A DNA stretch of 64,000 nt, from the NCBI GenBank assembly GCA_963666275.2, contig CAXXOA010000002.1, positions 1,760,001 to 1,824,000 of the forward strand, in the 5' to 3' direction. The stretch comes from Oceanispirochaeta sp. GTDB lineage: Bacteria; Spirochaetota; Spirochaetia; DSM-2461. The notes under the pieces were generated by a model that saw only the letters and a list, made by a program, of their open reading frames with translations, was not told where the DNA came from and ran no database searches. The translations under genes were made by a program, and so were the position numbers. Positions 19,690 to 30,644 of the stretch are shown here, piece after piece. Within the stretch, counting starts at the first letter, position 1. Each line of letters opens with the position of its first letter.

Positions 19690-21252
19690 TCAGTCGGAAT
19701 ATGTTTTCTGGATATCTTCAATCTTCTCTTTCAGTTCCATAAAAAGGTCGAGCATCCGGGGATCAAAGGCTTTGCCTCTCTGCTCTTCCAGATAGGCGTA
19801 TACTTTTTCTTTCTGCCAGGCCTCTTTGTAGCATCTTTTGTTGTAAAGGGCATCATAAACATCGACAATTGCCACAGCTCTGGATTCCCAGGAGATCTCC
19901 TCTCCTTTCAGGCCGTGGGGATATCCGGTTCCATCCCATTTCTCATGATGATGCAGGGCAATTTCCGCTGCCATCCGGATCGTCGGGATGGAAGATTCCT
20001 TCAGGATGTTGTGACCTACGGTTGTATGTTTTTTGATATATTCAAATTCCTCTTTCGTCAGTTTGCCCGGTTTCAGAAGGATACTGTCGGAAATGGCAAT
20101 TTTTCCAATATCATGGATGATCCCCGCCAGCGTCAGATCATCATGGAATACTTTTGATTTTTCGCTTTTTTCAGCCATCAGGCCCAGTATCTTTGAGACT
20201 CTCTGAACATGGTATCCCGTCTCTTCGTCCCTGTTCTCTATGGTTCCGCCCAGCATAAGGATGATGCTTTCCATGGCTTCCATCATATTTCTGTTCATAA
20301 ACAGACGGTCAAAGGCAAAGGTATAATTGGTCAGAAAGATCCTGATCAGGTTTTCATTGAGATCGTTCAGGGCTCCTTCCAGATAGATGAGGTTTTCCGA
20401 GCCGTGGAATCCTCTGTAATAGCCTATGAAGCAGCTGTCGTAGCTGTGGTAGAAAAACCTGTTCTCCTTTATCTGCCCGAAAAAGTCCTCCAGGGGAATC
20501 GCGTTGGCCACTGCCTGCAGAGGTTTCTGTACATAGGCTTCGTATTTTCCTGTGGCCGCTATGATGTGATAGTCTTCTTTCAGATTGTAGGCTATAAAGC
20601 CGTTTTCCTGCTGAAACTCTTTGGTCGCCATGAAGGTGTTGTCACTGAAATTGCGGATGCCGTTGAGCTGGTTCAGCAGACCGCTGAAAAAACTCCGGAG
20701 ATTTTCGTGATTGTAGAAATCTGCAGAAGACTCTATGACTTTTTCCAGCCCCTTCTTGTGGATATCGAGTTTTTTAAGATCCCTGTAGTTTCTGAGGGCC
20801 GTATACATGGTTGTAATGAATTTCTGAGCTGTCAGTTCCGATTTGGCCCTGTAGTCGTTGATGTCGTATTCCACAATGACTTTTTCTTCGGGAGCCACTC
20901 CGGGCTGGCCGGTTTTCAGTATGATCCGGGTCATGGAGTTTCTGAGATGATTGCGGACATATTCAACCACCTTCAGGCCGGATGTATCCTCTTCCATCAC
21001 CACATCCAGAAGAATGACGGCTATGTCCGGATTCTCACGCATGATTTTCATTGTTTCAAAACCCGAGTAGGTATCGATGAACTCCAGTTTTGAACCTTCC
21101 AGGTGGAAATCCTTGAGGACCATTTTTGTCACGGTATGGACATCGCTGTCGTCATCGGCAATGATGATTTTATAGGAATATCCGGCAGGAACAGGTTCCG
21201 CCTTTTTTCTGGACGAAGCAAACCTTATAGGATGGGATGATTTGCTGTTCAT
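19690..21252 (-). CDS. Response regulator with DUF3369-like and HD-GYP domains
   Basis: REC (ADDD, LLDVVME), HDIGK, HHEKWDGTGYP. Confidence 0.9.
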   Translation of the reverse strand: MNSKSSHPIRFASSRKKAEPVPAGYSYKIIIADDDSDVHTVTKMVLKDFHLEGSKLEFIDTYSGFETMKIMRENPDIAVILLDVVMEEDTSGLKVVEYVRNHLRNSMTRIILKTGQPGVAPEEKVIVEYDINDYRAKSELTAQKFITTMYTALRNYRDLKKLDIHKKGLEKVIESSADFYNHENLRSFFSGLLNQLNGIRNFSDNTFMATKEFQQENGFIAYNLKEDYHIIAATGKYEAYVQKPLQAVANAIPLEDFFGQIKENRFFYHSYDSCFIGYYRGFHGSENLIYLEGALNDLNENLIRIFLTNYTFAFDRLFMNRNMMEAMESIILMLGGTIENRDEETGYHVQRVSKILGLMAEKSEKSKVFHDDLTLAGIIHDIGKIAISDSILLKPGKLTKEEFEYIKKHTTVGHNILKESSIPTIRMAAEIALHHHEKWDGTGYPHGLKGEEISWESRAVAIVDVYDALYNKRCYKEAWQKEKVYAYLEEQRGKAFDPRMLDLFMELKEKIEDIQKTYSD

Positions 21253-21405
21253 GGGGCCTCCGGGGTTTTTAAAAATGAATTATTCAATATTTTAAACAAC
21301 GACAGATATATAATTCTTCTGAAATTCTATTATACTAAAAGTAAAGCAAAAATCAGAGTTTTTCCCGCTTAAAAAAAATTATCCAGGGACTCCAGGGGTG
21401 GACCA

Positions 21406-22620
21406 TTGGTGAAAAATGCAAAAAAATGGAGCTTTCTGACAATTACCATTCCCTCTCTTCTTCTTCAGATCATGGCGGCATTTCAGTTCATAATGCTCCA
21501 GAGCTCCATAGCCGGGGGAGACTATTTTTTCTGGCAGTTTGCGGTGTTTCTTTTCCTCTCCGCATCGGTTTCCCTGGGATTACCATTTCTAAAAAAAGGA
21601 AAACCAGTTTTTCTCTGTATCCGGTTTTTTATCATTTTTCTGATCGGTTATCCCATGGCGGACAATCTGACTGTGGAACTGATCCTGATGCTTTCCCTGC
21701 TCATTGAAACCGCCCTGTTTATCTCTCCCCACTGGAATCTTCCCGTTCTTATCGTCTCGGATCTGGGATATCTCTCTTTCCAGAAACCCCTGAACGCCTT
21801 CCATTCGGATCTTCCCGCCCCTCCTATGGAGGAGCTGCTCCTCTATATTATTGTAACTCTGACCGTTATTTTTCTGCTGTATTATATCTCAGTGTTTCAA
21901 CAGAACAGCAGAAAACAGAATATCATCCTTCAGAGACTGGATACGGCAGTCTCCCGTCTGGGAAAAGCCAATATGGGGTATCAGAGCGTGACCAGCAGTC
22001 TGGAACTGGATACGCTGAAAAAGGAGAGGAACCGGGTGTCCCGGGAGATCCATGATACGGTGGGGTACTCTCTCACCAATGTGAGGATTATGCTGGAGGC
22101 CGCCCAGCTGATACGGGGTCAGGATCCGGACAAGGCGGATCAGCTGATCAGAAAATCCATGCAGGAAGCCGCCTCCTGTCTGGAGGAGACCCGCTCGGCC
22201 ATGAGGCAGCTGCGTTCCAAGGAGGTGCAGAAACCCCGGGGCATAAAAGCTTTTTACCATCTGGTCAATGTTTTTGCCGAAGCCACGGGCGTTCAGGTTA
22301 AACTGGAGTTCGGGAATATTCCAGACAGTTTCGGAAACAGGATAGACAAAGCTGTTTTCCGTTTTATCCAGGAAGGATTGACAAATTCCTTCCGTCACGG
22401 GCGGGCCACGGAAATCAGTATCTACTTCTGGATAGAATCGGGTATACTGAAAGTAAGCCTTCAGGACAACGGTTCCGGGGCGGATTCCCTGACCGAAGGG
22501 ATCGGCCTTGCGGGAATGCAGGAGAGGCTCAGCGAATTGGGAGGCGAGATGATCTGGCAGAATTTGAGTGACGGTTTTGAAATCTCCATTATTATTCCTC
22601 TGAACAGGGGGGAGATATGA
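21406..22620 (+). CDS. Membrane sensor histidine kinase (HisKA_3/NarX-like)
   Basis: Several TM helices; ERNRVSREIHD, QEGLTN, DNGSG, GIGL; start uncertain (21406 or 21409). Confidence 0.9.
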   Translation: MVKNAKKWSFLTITIPSLLLQIMAAFQFIMLQSSIAGGDYFFWQFAVFLFLSASVSLGLPFLKKGKPVFLCIRFFIIFLIGYPMADNLTVELILMLSLLIETALFISPHWNLPVLIVSDLGYLSFQKPLNAFHSDLPAPPMEELLLYIIVTLTVIFLLYYISVFQQNSRKQNIILQRLDTAVSRLGKANMGYQSVTSSLELDTLKKERNRVSREIHDTVGYSLTNVRIMLEAAQLIRGQDPDKADQLIRKSMQEAASCLEETRSAMRQLRSKEVQKPRGIKAFYHLVNVFAEATGVQVKLEFGNIPDSFGNRIDKAVFRFIQEGLTNSFRHGRATEISIYFWIESGILKVSLQDNGSGADSLTEGIGLAGMQERLSELGGEMIWQNLSDGFEISIIIPLNRGEI

Positions 22621-23312
22621 TACGGGTTCTTCTGGTGGATGATCAGGTCCTGTTTATAGAATCCCTGAAGACCGTTATTGAAATGCAGGCGGAAGATATC
22701 GAAGTGGTGGGACTGGCCTTTGACGGCCATCAGGCTATCAGCAAGGCGGAGGAGCTCAATCCGGATATCATCCTTATGGATGTCAGAATGCCCGGGCTGG
22801 ACGGTGTGAAAGCGGCTATCCACATTCACAGGAATTTTCCCCGGATCAGGATTATGATGCTCACCACTTTCGATGATGATGCCTATGTTCACGATGCCCT
22901 GGCCGGCGGCGCTGTGGGATATCTTCTGAAAAACATGCCCACCTCGGACCTTATGAATTCCATCAGAGCTGTGAACAACGGGACTCTTCAGATCTCTCCG
23001 GATGTGGCCCTTCAGCTGGTTTCGGGAATGGGAAGTTCCCCCGGCACAGACCCGGCCCAGGATCCGGGGGATGAGGCTGTCCATTATGATATTGAAATAC
23101 TCAGCAGACGGGAGAGGGAAGTGCTCTATCTTATGTCCAGAGGGTATGACAATCAGGCTATCGGAGAGAAATTGTTTATTGCTGATCAGACTGTAAAAAA
23201 CCATATAAGCAGGATTTATCATAAGCTGGATCTCCATGACAGGATGTCCGTTATGAAAGCGGCCAGGCACTCTGAACTGAAGGAATACTGCCGCTATCTG
23301 CTGGATGAGTAG
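22617..23312 (+). CDS. NarL/LuxR family response regulator
   Basis: VLLVDD, MDVRMP, LSRREREVL, TVKNHIS; ATGA overlap with the kinase. Confidence 0.95.
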   Translation: MIRVLLVDDQVLFIESLKTVIEMQAEDIEVVGLAFDGHQAISKAEELNPDIILMDVRMPGLDGVKAAIHIHRNFPRIRIMMLTTFDDDAYVHDALAGGAVGYLLKNMPTSDLMNSIRAVNNGTLQISPDVALQLVSGMGSSPGTDPAQDPGDEAVHYDIEILSRREREVLYLMSRGYDNQAIGEKLFIADQTVKNHISRIYHKLDLHDRMSVMKAARHSELKEYCRYLLDE

Positions 23313-23328
23313 AGAAATCTGTAATCAC

Positions 23329-23357
23329 TGGTATTGTTTTGGTACTCTTTTGGTACT
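23329..23357. promoter_or_regulatory. Three TGGTAYT direct repeats at 11-bp phase, candidate response-regulator site
   Basis: tggtatt 23329, tggtact 23340, tggtact 23351, between the response regulator and the ABC operon. Confidence 0.55.
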
Positions 23358-23428
23358 CCAATGAACTCCTGAGCGGAAATAACCGGGTCTACAATAGTAA
23401 ATGAAGTTTTTTCAAAAGGAGTGAAGAA

Positions 23429-24811
23429 ATGCGTAAAGCTCTTTCTATTCTATTACTTTTTATGAGTGTCTTAATCGTATTAACGGGTTGTCAGAAAAAA
23501 GAAGAACCCGCAGCTGTTGCTGCTGAACCAGAACCTGTAGAATTTGATTACTGGACCAGTCAGGTTCAGTCAGACCGTATGGCAACCATACAGGTTCTGA
23601 TCGATACCTATCAGGCTATGAATCCCAACGTGAAAATTAATCTGATCGGTGTGGAGGAGAATGATCTGGCCACACAGCTCAATACTGCCGCTGCTGCGGG
23701 CAATCTGCCGACTCTCGTGGAATCAGGGGCAGAAAATGCCGTTGCTTTCGGATCAGAAGGGCTCCTGGATGCTCAGGCCGCGACGGAAGCGATTGATATG
23801 ATCGGCCGGGACAGTTTCTATCAGGGAACTCTCAATCTGGTACAGTCCTCCCAGGCGGGATCCTACTATGCCATTCCCTATCACGGCTGGGTTCAGGGTA
23901 TCTGGTACAGGGCCGACTGGTTTGAAGAAGCCGGACTGGAACCCCCCAATACCTGGGAGAATATCCTCAAAGCGGCGGAATACTTCTATAAACCCGACCA
24001 GAACCAGTACGGCATCCTGGTGGGAACCACCGCGGAAGCCTATTCAGAACAGTGTTTTACCCAGTTTGCCATGTCCAACGGAGCCCGTCTGTATGATAAA
24101 AACGGTAATCTGATCTTCAACTCTCCCGAGATGAAGGAAGCCGTAGAGTATTATGCGGAACTGGCCAAATACAATCCTCCCGGACCTCAGACCTGGCGGG
24201 CCAGGGACTACTATCTTCAGGGAAAAATGGCCATGTTCTTCTATTCCACCTATATCATGGATGACCTGGCCCTGGCGGAAGTGGCTGCGGGTTCTCTGAC
24301 CAATGAGAACTTTGCCGAACTGGCAGGAACCAGTTTCGACCCGGACCTGGCGGAAAATACGGGAATGGCCTCGACCATCACCAATACACAGGATGCGGGA
24401 TACGGCGTTGTTCTGGCCCTTTCCATGCCCGATCAGGGCGACCCTGCCAAAACAGAAGCCGCCAAAGACTTTCTGCGCTACCTCTATACACCCAATGCCT
24501 ATATCACCTTCCTGCATATGGCTCCGGGAGGAATGAATCCGGTACTCAAGGGAATCGCTTCCAATGTAAGATTTCAGAACGACCCCAAAGGTATCTTCAA
24601 AAATTACGGTAATGAACGGATGGAGGATATCATCTCCGGGCTGGACAGCATTGAAACCTTCAGCATTGTGGAGGGAAACCGTATTGAAGCGGCCAGTACC
24701 GTTTATTCCAAACAGATTATACCTCAGATGATTTACAAGATTACCCAGGAGGACATGAGTGTGGACAGCGCCATGGCCTGGGCCGAAGCAGAGATGAAAA
24801 AGCTTCAGTAG
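23429..24811 (+). CDS. Carbohydrate ABC transporter lipoprotein SBP (YcjN-like)
   Basis: Lipobox VLTGC; IPYHGWVQGIWYR, YSTYIMDD. Confidence 0.85.
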   Translation: MRKALSILLLFMSVLIVLTGCQKKEEPAAVAAEPEPVEFDYWTSQVQSDRMATIQVLIDTYQAMNPNVKINLIGVEENDLATQLNTAAAAGNLPTLVESGAENAVAFGSEGLLDAQAATEAIDMIGRDSFYQGTLNLVQSSQAGSYYAIPYHGWVQGIWYRADWFEEAGLEPPNTWENILKAAEYFYKPDQNQYGILVGTTAEAYSEQCFTQFAMSNGARLYDKNGNLIFNSPEMKEAVEYYAELAKYNPPGPQTWRARDYYLQGKMAMFFYSTYIMDDLALAEVAAGSLTNENFAELAGTSFDPDLAENTGMASTITNTQDAGYGVVLALSMPDQGDPAKTEAAKDFLRYLYTPNAYITFLHMAPGGMNPVLKGIASNVRFQNDPKGIFKNYGNERMEDIISGLDSIETFSIVEGNRIEAASTVYSKQIIPQMIYKITQEDMSVDSAMAWAEAEMKKLQ

Positions 24812-24868
24812 ATCAATCAATTACAGGGAGGGGGCCTCAGGGGCCTTCTCCTTTCCGGAGTTAATTTT

Positions 24869-25759
24869 ATGAAAATTCTATCTCAGTCAAACAGGCTGGA
24901 TTATAATCGCAATGAAATGTATCTGGGCTGGGCTCTGGTATTTCCCGCTGTCTTTATCATCCTGGCTCTGATCCTCTATCCCATTGTGTACAATATCTAC
25001 CTCAGTTTCTTTGATGTTACTCCCGGCGGGGCCAATACCTATCTGGGACTTGAAAATCACAGGAACGTAGTCACCGATGTCTTTTTCTGGAAGTCCCTGG
25101 GAACCACAGTTCTCTATGTCTTTTTCACCACCTTCGGAACGACTTTTATGGGCCTCATTGTGGCTCTTGTCATGAATAAGGAGTTTCCGCTGCGGGGTCT
25201 TGTGAGGAGTCTGGTTCTCTTCCCCTATGTGGCGCCTGTCATTTCGGTTGTATTCTCCTGGCAGTTTATTTTTGATCCTGTCAACGGCATTGTGATGGAT
25301 ACCCTGGTGGAACGCCTGGGATGGATGTCCGAGAGGGTCAATCTTATCGGAACACCCGCCTCGGCTGTGTGGGTGGCCATCTTTTTCAGTATCTGGAAGA
25401 ATTTTCCCTTTACCTATCTGATGATCCTTTCCCGGCTGCAGGGAATCGATAAAAACCTTTTTGAAGCCGCGGAAGTGGACGGTGCCTCGGGATGGCAGAA
25501 ATTCAAAGCCATTACCCTTCCGGAAATCTACTTTGTGACAGGTTCCATTATACTCCTGCGGGTTATCTGGAATTTCAATAAATTTGACGAAGTCTATCTC
25601 CTGACGGGAACCAATGTGAAGGTCCTGTCGGTCTATACATATCTGAAAGCTTTTGTGGGAACCATGGAGATGGGGCAGGGCTCGGCCCTGGCGCTGATCC
25701 AGTTCATCCTGCTGATCGGATTTATCCTCTTTTATGTAAAGAAGGTGCTCAAATGGTAG
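24869..25759 (+). CDS. Carbohydrate ABC permease (YcjO/MalF-like)
   Basis: Six TM pattern; EAA loop EAAEVDGAS. Confidence 0.92.
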   Translation: MKILSQSNRLDYNRNEMYLGWALVFPAVFIILALILYPIVYNIYLSFFDVTPGGANTYLGLENHRNVVTDVFFWKSLGTTVLYVFFTTFGTTFMGLIVALVMNKEFPLRGLVRSLVLFPYVAPVISVVFSWQFIFDPVNGIVMDTLVERLGWMSERVNLIGTPASAVWVAIFFSIWKNFPFTYLMILSRLQGIDKNLFEAAEVDGASGWQKFKAITLPEIYFVTGSIILLRVIWNFNKFDEVYLLTGTNVKVLSVYTYLKAFVGTMEMGQGSALALIQFILLIGFILFYVKKVLKW

Positions 25760-26715
25760 TTAAAAAAAGCATACCCAGAAAAATAGGATTTTTCCTCCTT
25801 GTTCTGATGATTGTCCTGTTCTGCATTTTTCCGTTTTTTCAGATGCTCTCCATGTCGCTGAAATACCAGTGGGACTGGGGAAATCCCTCTCTCATACCGA
25901 CTCAGCTGAATTTCGAAGCCTACAAGGAACTGCTGAATATCGGTCAGTCCCTGAAGAATGTTCCCGAATCGATTATAAACCTTCTGGAGGAGAATCCGGA
26001 TCTGACCAAAGCCCAGAGGGAGAGCATCCTGGCAAAGTATCAGGCCAGCGGCGATGTCTTTCCCTTTCCCCGCTATTTTGCCAACTCCCTGACCCTGGCG
26101 GGGCTTTCGGCTCTTGTGTCTCTCTTTATTGCCATTCTGGGAGCCTACTCCTTCAGCAGGCTCCGGTATCCCGGCCGGTCTACCATCCAGAGAGGAGTCC
26201 TGTTTGTCTATATGTTCGGAGGCATCCTTCTGCTGATTCCCCTGTATAAACTGTTTGTCTCCCTGGGGCTGTTGGCTACGCCGGTGGGAACCTTCCTCTC
26301 CCTGATGGTTATCTATCTGGTTCAGACCCTGCCTGTCTCTCTTTATATGCTGGGAAATTTTTTCCGCACCATCCCCTATTCGATCGAAGAAGCCGCCATG
26401 ATTGAGGGGGCAGGGCGGGTGGGGATCATCTTCCGGATTATTATTCCCCTCTCCATTTCGGCCATTGTGACTGTTTACATCTACTCTTTCATGATCGCCT
26501 GGAATGAGTATATGTTCGCCTCTGTGTATCTCAAAGGTTTCAAAGATCTCTATACCCTTCCCATGGGGCTGCGGGCTCTGTTCCTTTCCAAAAATGCCGT
26601 ATGGGACAGGATTATGTCCGCATCCGTACTGACGGCAACCCCCGTGATTGCCCTGTTTATGCTGATTCAGAAAAACCTGGCGGGCGGAATGGCCGAAGGG
26701 GGCGTGAAAGAGTAA
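25753..26715 (+). CDS. Carbohydrate ABC permease (YcjP/MalG-like) with an extra loop
   Basis: EEAAMIEGA, AWNEY, C-terminal GGVKE. Confidence 0.92.
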   Translation: MVVKKSIPRKIGFFLLVLMIVLFCIFPFFQMLSMSLKYQWDWGNPSLIPTQLNFEAYKELLNIGQSLKNVPESIINLLEENPDLTKAQRESILAKYQASGDVFPFPRYFANSLTLAGLSALVSLFIAILGAYSFSRLRYPGRSTIQRGVLFVYMFGGILLLIPLYKLFVSLGLLATPVGTFLSLMVIYLVQTLPVSLYMLGNFFRTIPYSIEEAAMIEGAGRVGIIFRIIIPLSISAIVTVYIYSFMIAWNEYMFASVYLKGFKDLYTLPMGLRALFLSKNAVWDRIMSASVLTATPVIALFMLIQKNLAGGMAEGGVKE

Positions 26716-26749
26716 AAAAAATTGGAACTCTTGATGAATTCCAGAGCCT

Positions 26750-26779
26750 GGACCGGGACAAAGTTCCGGTCTTTTTTTA
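26750..26779 (+). terminator. Rho-independent terminator after the ABC permeases
   Basis: gaccggga-caaag-ttccggtc followed by a T-run. Confidence 0.75.
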
Positions 26780-26824
26780 TACTGAATGCATTAATTAAAA
26801 TATGACTAGAAGGGTTTGAAACAC

Positions 26825-28222
26825 ATGAATACGTTCAAATTGGCAATAATCAGTGGCAAGCTGGGAGATGTTGACGGTGTCTCTCTGGAAGTGGATAAAT
26901 GGATAGAGGTTCTGACAGGCCTGGGACATGAGATTTATACAGTTGCCGGAAGCTATGCCTCCGAACTGAAGAGTGTTCCCGCCGAAAGAAGACTGACTGT
27001 ACCGGAACTGGCTTTTGATACGGATTTTCAGAGAGAGATAGAGCTGGCCATGTTTCCCTATGTTCTCCCCGGAAAAAGAAAAAGGGTTACCAGAGAGAAG
27101 CAGGGGGAACTTCTGGAACAGCTGGATCTGGCGGGGAATGAAATTGCCGAAAGGATTCACGATTTTATTATGGAACACAGTATTCATGCTCTGATAGCCC
27201 AGAATACCAATGCCATGCCCATGACCATGATCGGGGCTTCTGCTGTCTACAAACTGGCGACGGACTACAAAATGGCTGTGATTTTTCATCACCACGATTT
27301 CTGGTGGGAGAGGAGCCGGTTCAGCGGCAACCTCATGGAGAATGTGCTTCAGCAGATTATGCCCCCCACGGATCCGACCCTTGAGCATGTGGTAATCTCA
27401 TCCTATGCGGCCCACAACCTGACCACCATCAAACGGGTGAATCCCCATATCGTTCCCAACTGCGAAGATTTTGATCATCCTCCCGTGTGGGATGATTACA
27501 ACAGGAAGTTCCGGGAGGATCTGGGGTATGCAAAGGATGATATCCTTTTTGTTCAGCCCACAAGGATTGTCCCCCGGAAGAGGATCGAAGATTCGATTTT
27601 TCTGGTGTCCAGGTTCTGTACCCGCTATCCCGAATTGAGGGATAAAGTGAAATTTATAATCTCCCTCTATCAGGGCGACGAACTGGACGACAGCTATGTC
27701 GACGGGATCAAGAGCCTGGCGGACAAAGAGAATGTCCATCTGGATCTGATTGCCGAAAGGGTTGCTTCTGTGCGAGGCAAAGACGATGAGGGCAGAAATC
27801 TCTACACGAACAGAGACGTTCTGCTCAATGCGGATTTTGTCACCTATCTTCCTCTCTGGGAGGGATTCGGTAATGCTCTTCTGGAAGCCGTAGCCGCCAG
27901 GGTCCCCATTGCGGTGACCACCTATCTTGTCTACAAAACGGATATTATGAACCGGGGCCTCGAGTGTGTGGAGATCCGGGATGACTACGACAGCCAGGGG
28001 AATCTGATCATACCCGACAATGCTCTGGAGCAGATTCATCAGATCCTGTTTAAGCCGGGACTGCGGGAAGAAATGACCGAAAACAGCTTCAAAGCCATGA
28101 AAGCCGCCTTCAGTATGGATGTACTCAGGCAGCAGCTTTCCGGAATTATGGACAGCTACGGGGATGAGATCAAAGCCTCAGCCAAAAGGCTCCATAAAAA
28201 AGTGAAGCATTTTGCCGTCTGA
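26825..28222 (+). CDS. GT4 glycosyltransferase, mannosylglucosylglycerate synthase (MggS)-like
   Basis: DGVSLEVDKW, HHHDFWWERSRF, TRIVPRKRIE, EGFGNALLEA; the MggS resemblance is from recalled motifs. Confidence 0.75.
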   Translation: MNTFKLAIISGKLGDVDGVSLEVDKWIEVLTGLGHEIYTVAGSYASELKSVPAERRLTVPELAFDTDFQREIELAMFPYVLPGKRKRVTREKQGELLEQLDLAGNEIAERIHDFIMEHSIHALIAQNTNAMPMTMIGASAVYKLATDYKMAVIFHHHDFWWERSRFSGNLMENVLQQIMPPTDPTLEHVVISSYAAHNLTTIKRVNPHIVPNCEDFDHPPVWDDYNRKFREDLGYAKDDILFVQPTRIVPRKRIEDSIFLVSRFCTRYPELRDKVKFIISLYQGDELDDSYVDGIKSLADKENVHLDLIAERVASVRGKDDEGRNLYTNRDVLLNADFVTYLPLWEGFGNALLEAVAARVPIAVTTYLVYKTDIMNRGLECVEIRDDYDSQGNLIIPDNALEQIHQILFKPGLREEMTENSFKAMKAAFSMDVLRQQLSGIMDSYGDEIKASAKRLHKKVKHFAV

Positions 28223-28250
28223 TCTGCAGACATCCCCGGTATGAGGAGAG

Positions 28251-28281
28251 GAGAGCTGCAGGGAATTGCGGCTCTCTTTTC
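28251..28281 (+). terminator. Terminator between convergent genes
   Basis: gagagctgca-gggaat-tgcggctctc followed by a T-run. Confidence 0.7.
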
Positions 28282-28289
28282 ATTCCAAT

Positions 28290-28748
28290 TCAGGCTTTTA
28301 TTTTCAGAACAATCTTATCCACTTTTCCGGGGCCTTCGCCTCTGTAGTGACAGCAGGGATTATGAGGTTCCTCCGGAAAGAAAATAATAAAGGTTCCGCT
28401 TTCGGCAATAAGAGAGCTTTCTACGGTTCTTTCAAGAAACATAATGTCTTTTTCCGGACTGTAGGGTGTTTTTACAGGAATATCGGTATGAGTTGTAAAA
28501 CCCATTTCCTCTCTTCCTTTGACGATGTACTGGATATCGATGTATTTTTTATGGGCTTCCGGATATTTCTCATCAGGACTCCTGGTTTCATAGATCTGGT
28601 GATCAAAGTAAAGCTCATCACCAGCAATTTCCTGTTTGCCCGGAGCCAGATTTTCAAGATCTGTTTCTCTGAGAAACTGAAAAGCTTTCTTGAAATGGGG
28701 ATGGAGTGATTCGTACCTTTCGGCATTTTCCAGTGTATCGAGTATCAT
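28290..28748 (-). CDS. YhcH/YjgK/YiaL (DUF386) family protein
   Basis: EAHKKYIDIQY, GREEMG, FFPEEPHNP, KIVLKI. Confidence 0.92.
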   Translation of the reverse strand: MILDTLENAERYESLHPHFKKAFQFLRETDLENLAPGKQEIAGDELYFDHQIYETRSPDEKYPEAHKKYIDIQYIVKGREEMGFTTHTDIPVKTPYSPEKDIMFLERTVESSLIAESGTFIIFFPEEPHNPCCHYRGEGPGKVDKIVLKIKA

Positions 28749-29101
28749 ATTCTACTTCCTTGACTGATTCGGTTTTCCTATAATCCTAGCATAGATTTTC
28801 TCCTGTTTGAAACGGTGTTTCAGGGTAAAAATCCAAATAGGATCGATTCATTTTCCCCCCATTCGAAAAGGCAGTGCATCGCCTAATTCTCCTCGGCCTT
28901 TTTTTACAATGAAAGGAGTATTTATCCCGGGAAAAGGGATCAGGTGTATTTGAAATGTTTGAATTGAAGTTAGCTTGTGACTTATGTCAAGAGTTTGTGT
29001 TGTTTCTCTGAAACACCCTATCCTGCTGTTGGTTCCCCCGTGGTTATTTCCTATATTGTAGAAAACTTCAGTTTAATAATTCAGGAGAAAATATATTAAA
29101 A

Positions 29102-30625
29102 ATGAAACTTACAATATCACGGAAAATAACCTTACTCATAAGCATCATCACACTAGTCATATCCATAAGCGGTCTCTTTGTCGCCGACAGGGGCCTGCAG
29201 TTTCTGGCTTCGGAGATCTCTTTCAATTCTCTGGGCTACAAGGTTCAGGGAGATATGGAGTCCTTCAAAATGGTTTTCAGGGACAGATTCGGAACACCCT
29301 CTCTGGATAGTGAGGGGCTCCGGGATGAGCAGAAAAATCTGATCAACGACTTTGAGTTTATCGACAGTTTCGCCGGAAAACTCGGTATTACAGCCACTGT
29401 ATTTGAACGGAGAGGAGATAATTTCTACCGTATCATCACCAATATCAAAGACGATCAGGGCAACCGGGCGGTGGGAACAAACCTGGGAAAGCAGAGCAGT
29501 GCCTACAAACCTGTTATGGAGGGGACGAGGTATAGCGGAGAGGCGAATATCCTGGGAGTCCACTATCTGACATCCTATGATCCACTTCTGGATGCTTCGG
29601 GAAATCTGATCGGAATCCTTTATGTGGGGATTCCCGCAGGCCGGATCACCCAACTGGCAGAACAGTGGTCCGGAAGGATCATGACTATTATGCTGATCCT
29701 TTTCCTTTCTCTGGCAGCTGGGGGAATCATTGCCAGCCGGTTTATAGGTAAGCGTTTCTCCCAGCCTATTGAGAAAGGGGTGGAACTGACAGGATGGGTG
29801 GCAGAAGGGATTCTGGATAAAGATGTTCCCCGGGAGCTTCAGGAGAGGGGGGATGAGATCGGAGATCTGGCCCGTTCCATTGAAAAGATGATCCGTAAAA
29901 TGGCTGAGATCGTGGGCAGTGTGAATGCCTCCTCCCGTCATATCGCCCAGGGAAGCCGGGAATTGAATAACTCGGCGAATCTCATGGCTCAGGGGGCTTC
30001 CAGTCAGGCCTCGGCCGCCGAAGAGGTTTCGGCGTCCATGCAGCAGATGAATGCCAATATTCAGCAGAATGCGGAAAATGCCAAAGAGACCGAACATCTG
30101 GCTAAAAAGGTGTCTCAGGATGCGGAAAACAGCGGAAAGTCCGTACAGGAAGCCGTAGATGCCATGCAGAGGATTTCAGAAAAAATTTCCATTATCGATG
30201 AAATAGCCAGACAGACCAATATGCTGGCACTGAATGCTGCAATAGAAGCAGCCAGGGCGGGTGAGCATGGCAAAGGCTTTGCCGTGGTGGCATCGGAAGT
30301 GCGGAAACTGGCGGAAAACAGCCAGAAAGCCGCCAGTGAAATACTGACACTTTCTTCAGAAACAGTAGATTCCGCCTCACGGGCGGGACAGATGCTTTTT
30401 CAGCTCATCCCGGATATTCAGAAAACCACCGCTCTGATTCAGGAGATATCCCATGCCAGTGATGAACAGCGTCACGGGGTTGACCAGATCAATCAGGCTG
30501 TCCTCCAGCTGGACCAGGTCATACAGGACAATGCCTCCACGTCAGAACAGGTGGCGTCCTCATCGTCCGAACTGTCCGGGCAGGCGGATTCACTGCAGGA
30601 TCTGATGGAATATTTTACCTTATAA
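29102..30625 (+). CDS. Methyl-accepting chemotaxis protein with Cache sensor and HAMP
   Basis: TM-Cache (ATVF...RAVGT)-[46 protein letters not shown]. Confidence 0.96.
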   Translation: MKLTISRKITLLISIITLVISISGLFVADRGLQFLASEISFNSLGYKVQGDMESFKMVFRDRFGTPSLDSEGLRDEQKNLINDFEFIDSFAGKLGITATVFERRGDNFYRIITNIKDDQGNRAVGTNLGKQSSAYKPVMEGTRYSGEANILGVHYLTSYDPLLDASGNLIGILYVGIPAGRITQLAEQWSGRIMTIMLILFLSLAAGGIIASRFIGKRFSQPIEKGVELTGWVAEGILDKDVPRELQERGDEIGDLARSIEKMIRKMAEIVGSVNASSRHIAQGSRELNNSANLMAQGASSQASAAEEVSASMQQMNANIQQNAENAKETEHLAKKVSQDAENSGKSVQEAVDAMQRISEKISIIDEIARQTNMLALNAAIEAARAGEHGKGFAVVASEVRKLAENSQKAASEILTLSSETVDSASRAGQMLFQLIPDIQKTTALIQEISHASDEQRHGVDQINQAVLQLDQVIQDNASTSEQVASSSSELSGQADSLQDLMEYFTL

Positions 30626-30644
30626 GTGTAGATTGTACTGGCCT

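Noticed and set aside
28749..29101. c-di-GMP riboswitch upstream of the MCP
   Set aside because: I could not find the GGCAAA...GAAA...CGCAAAGC-type pattern by eye; a covariance-model search would settle it
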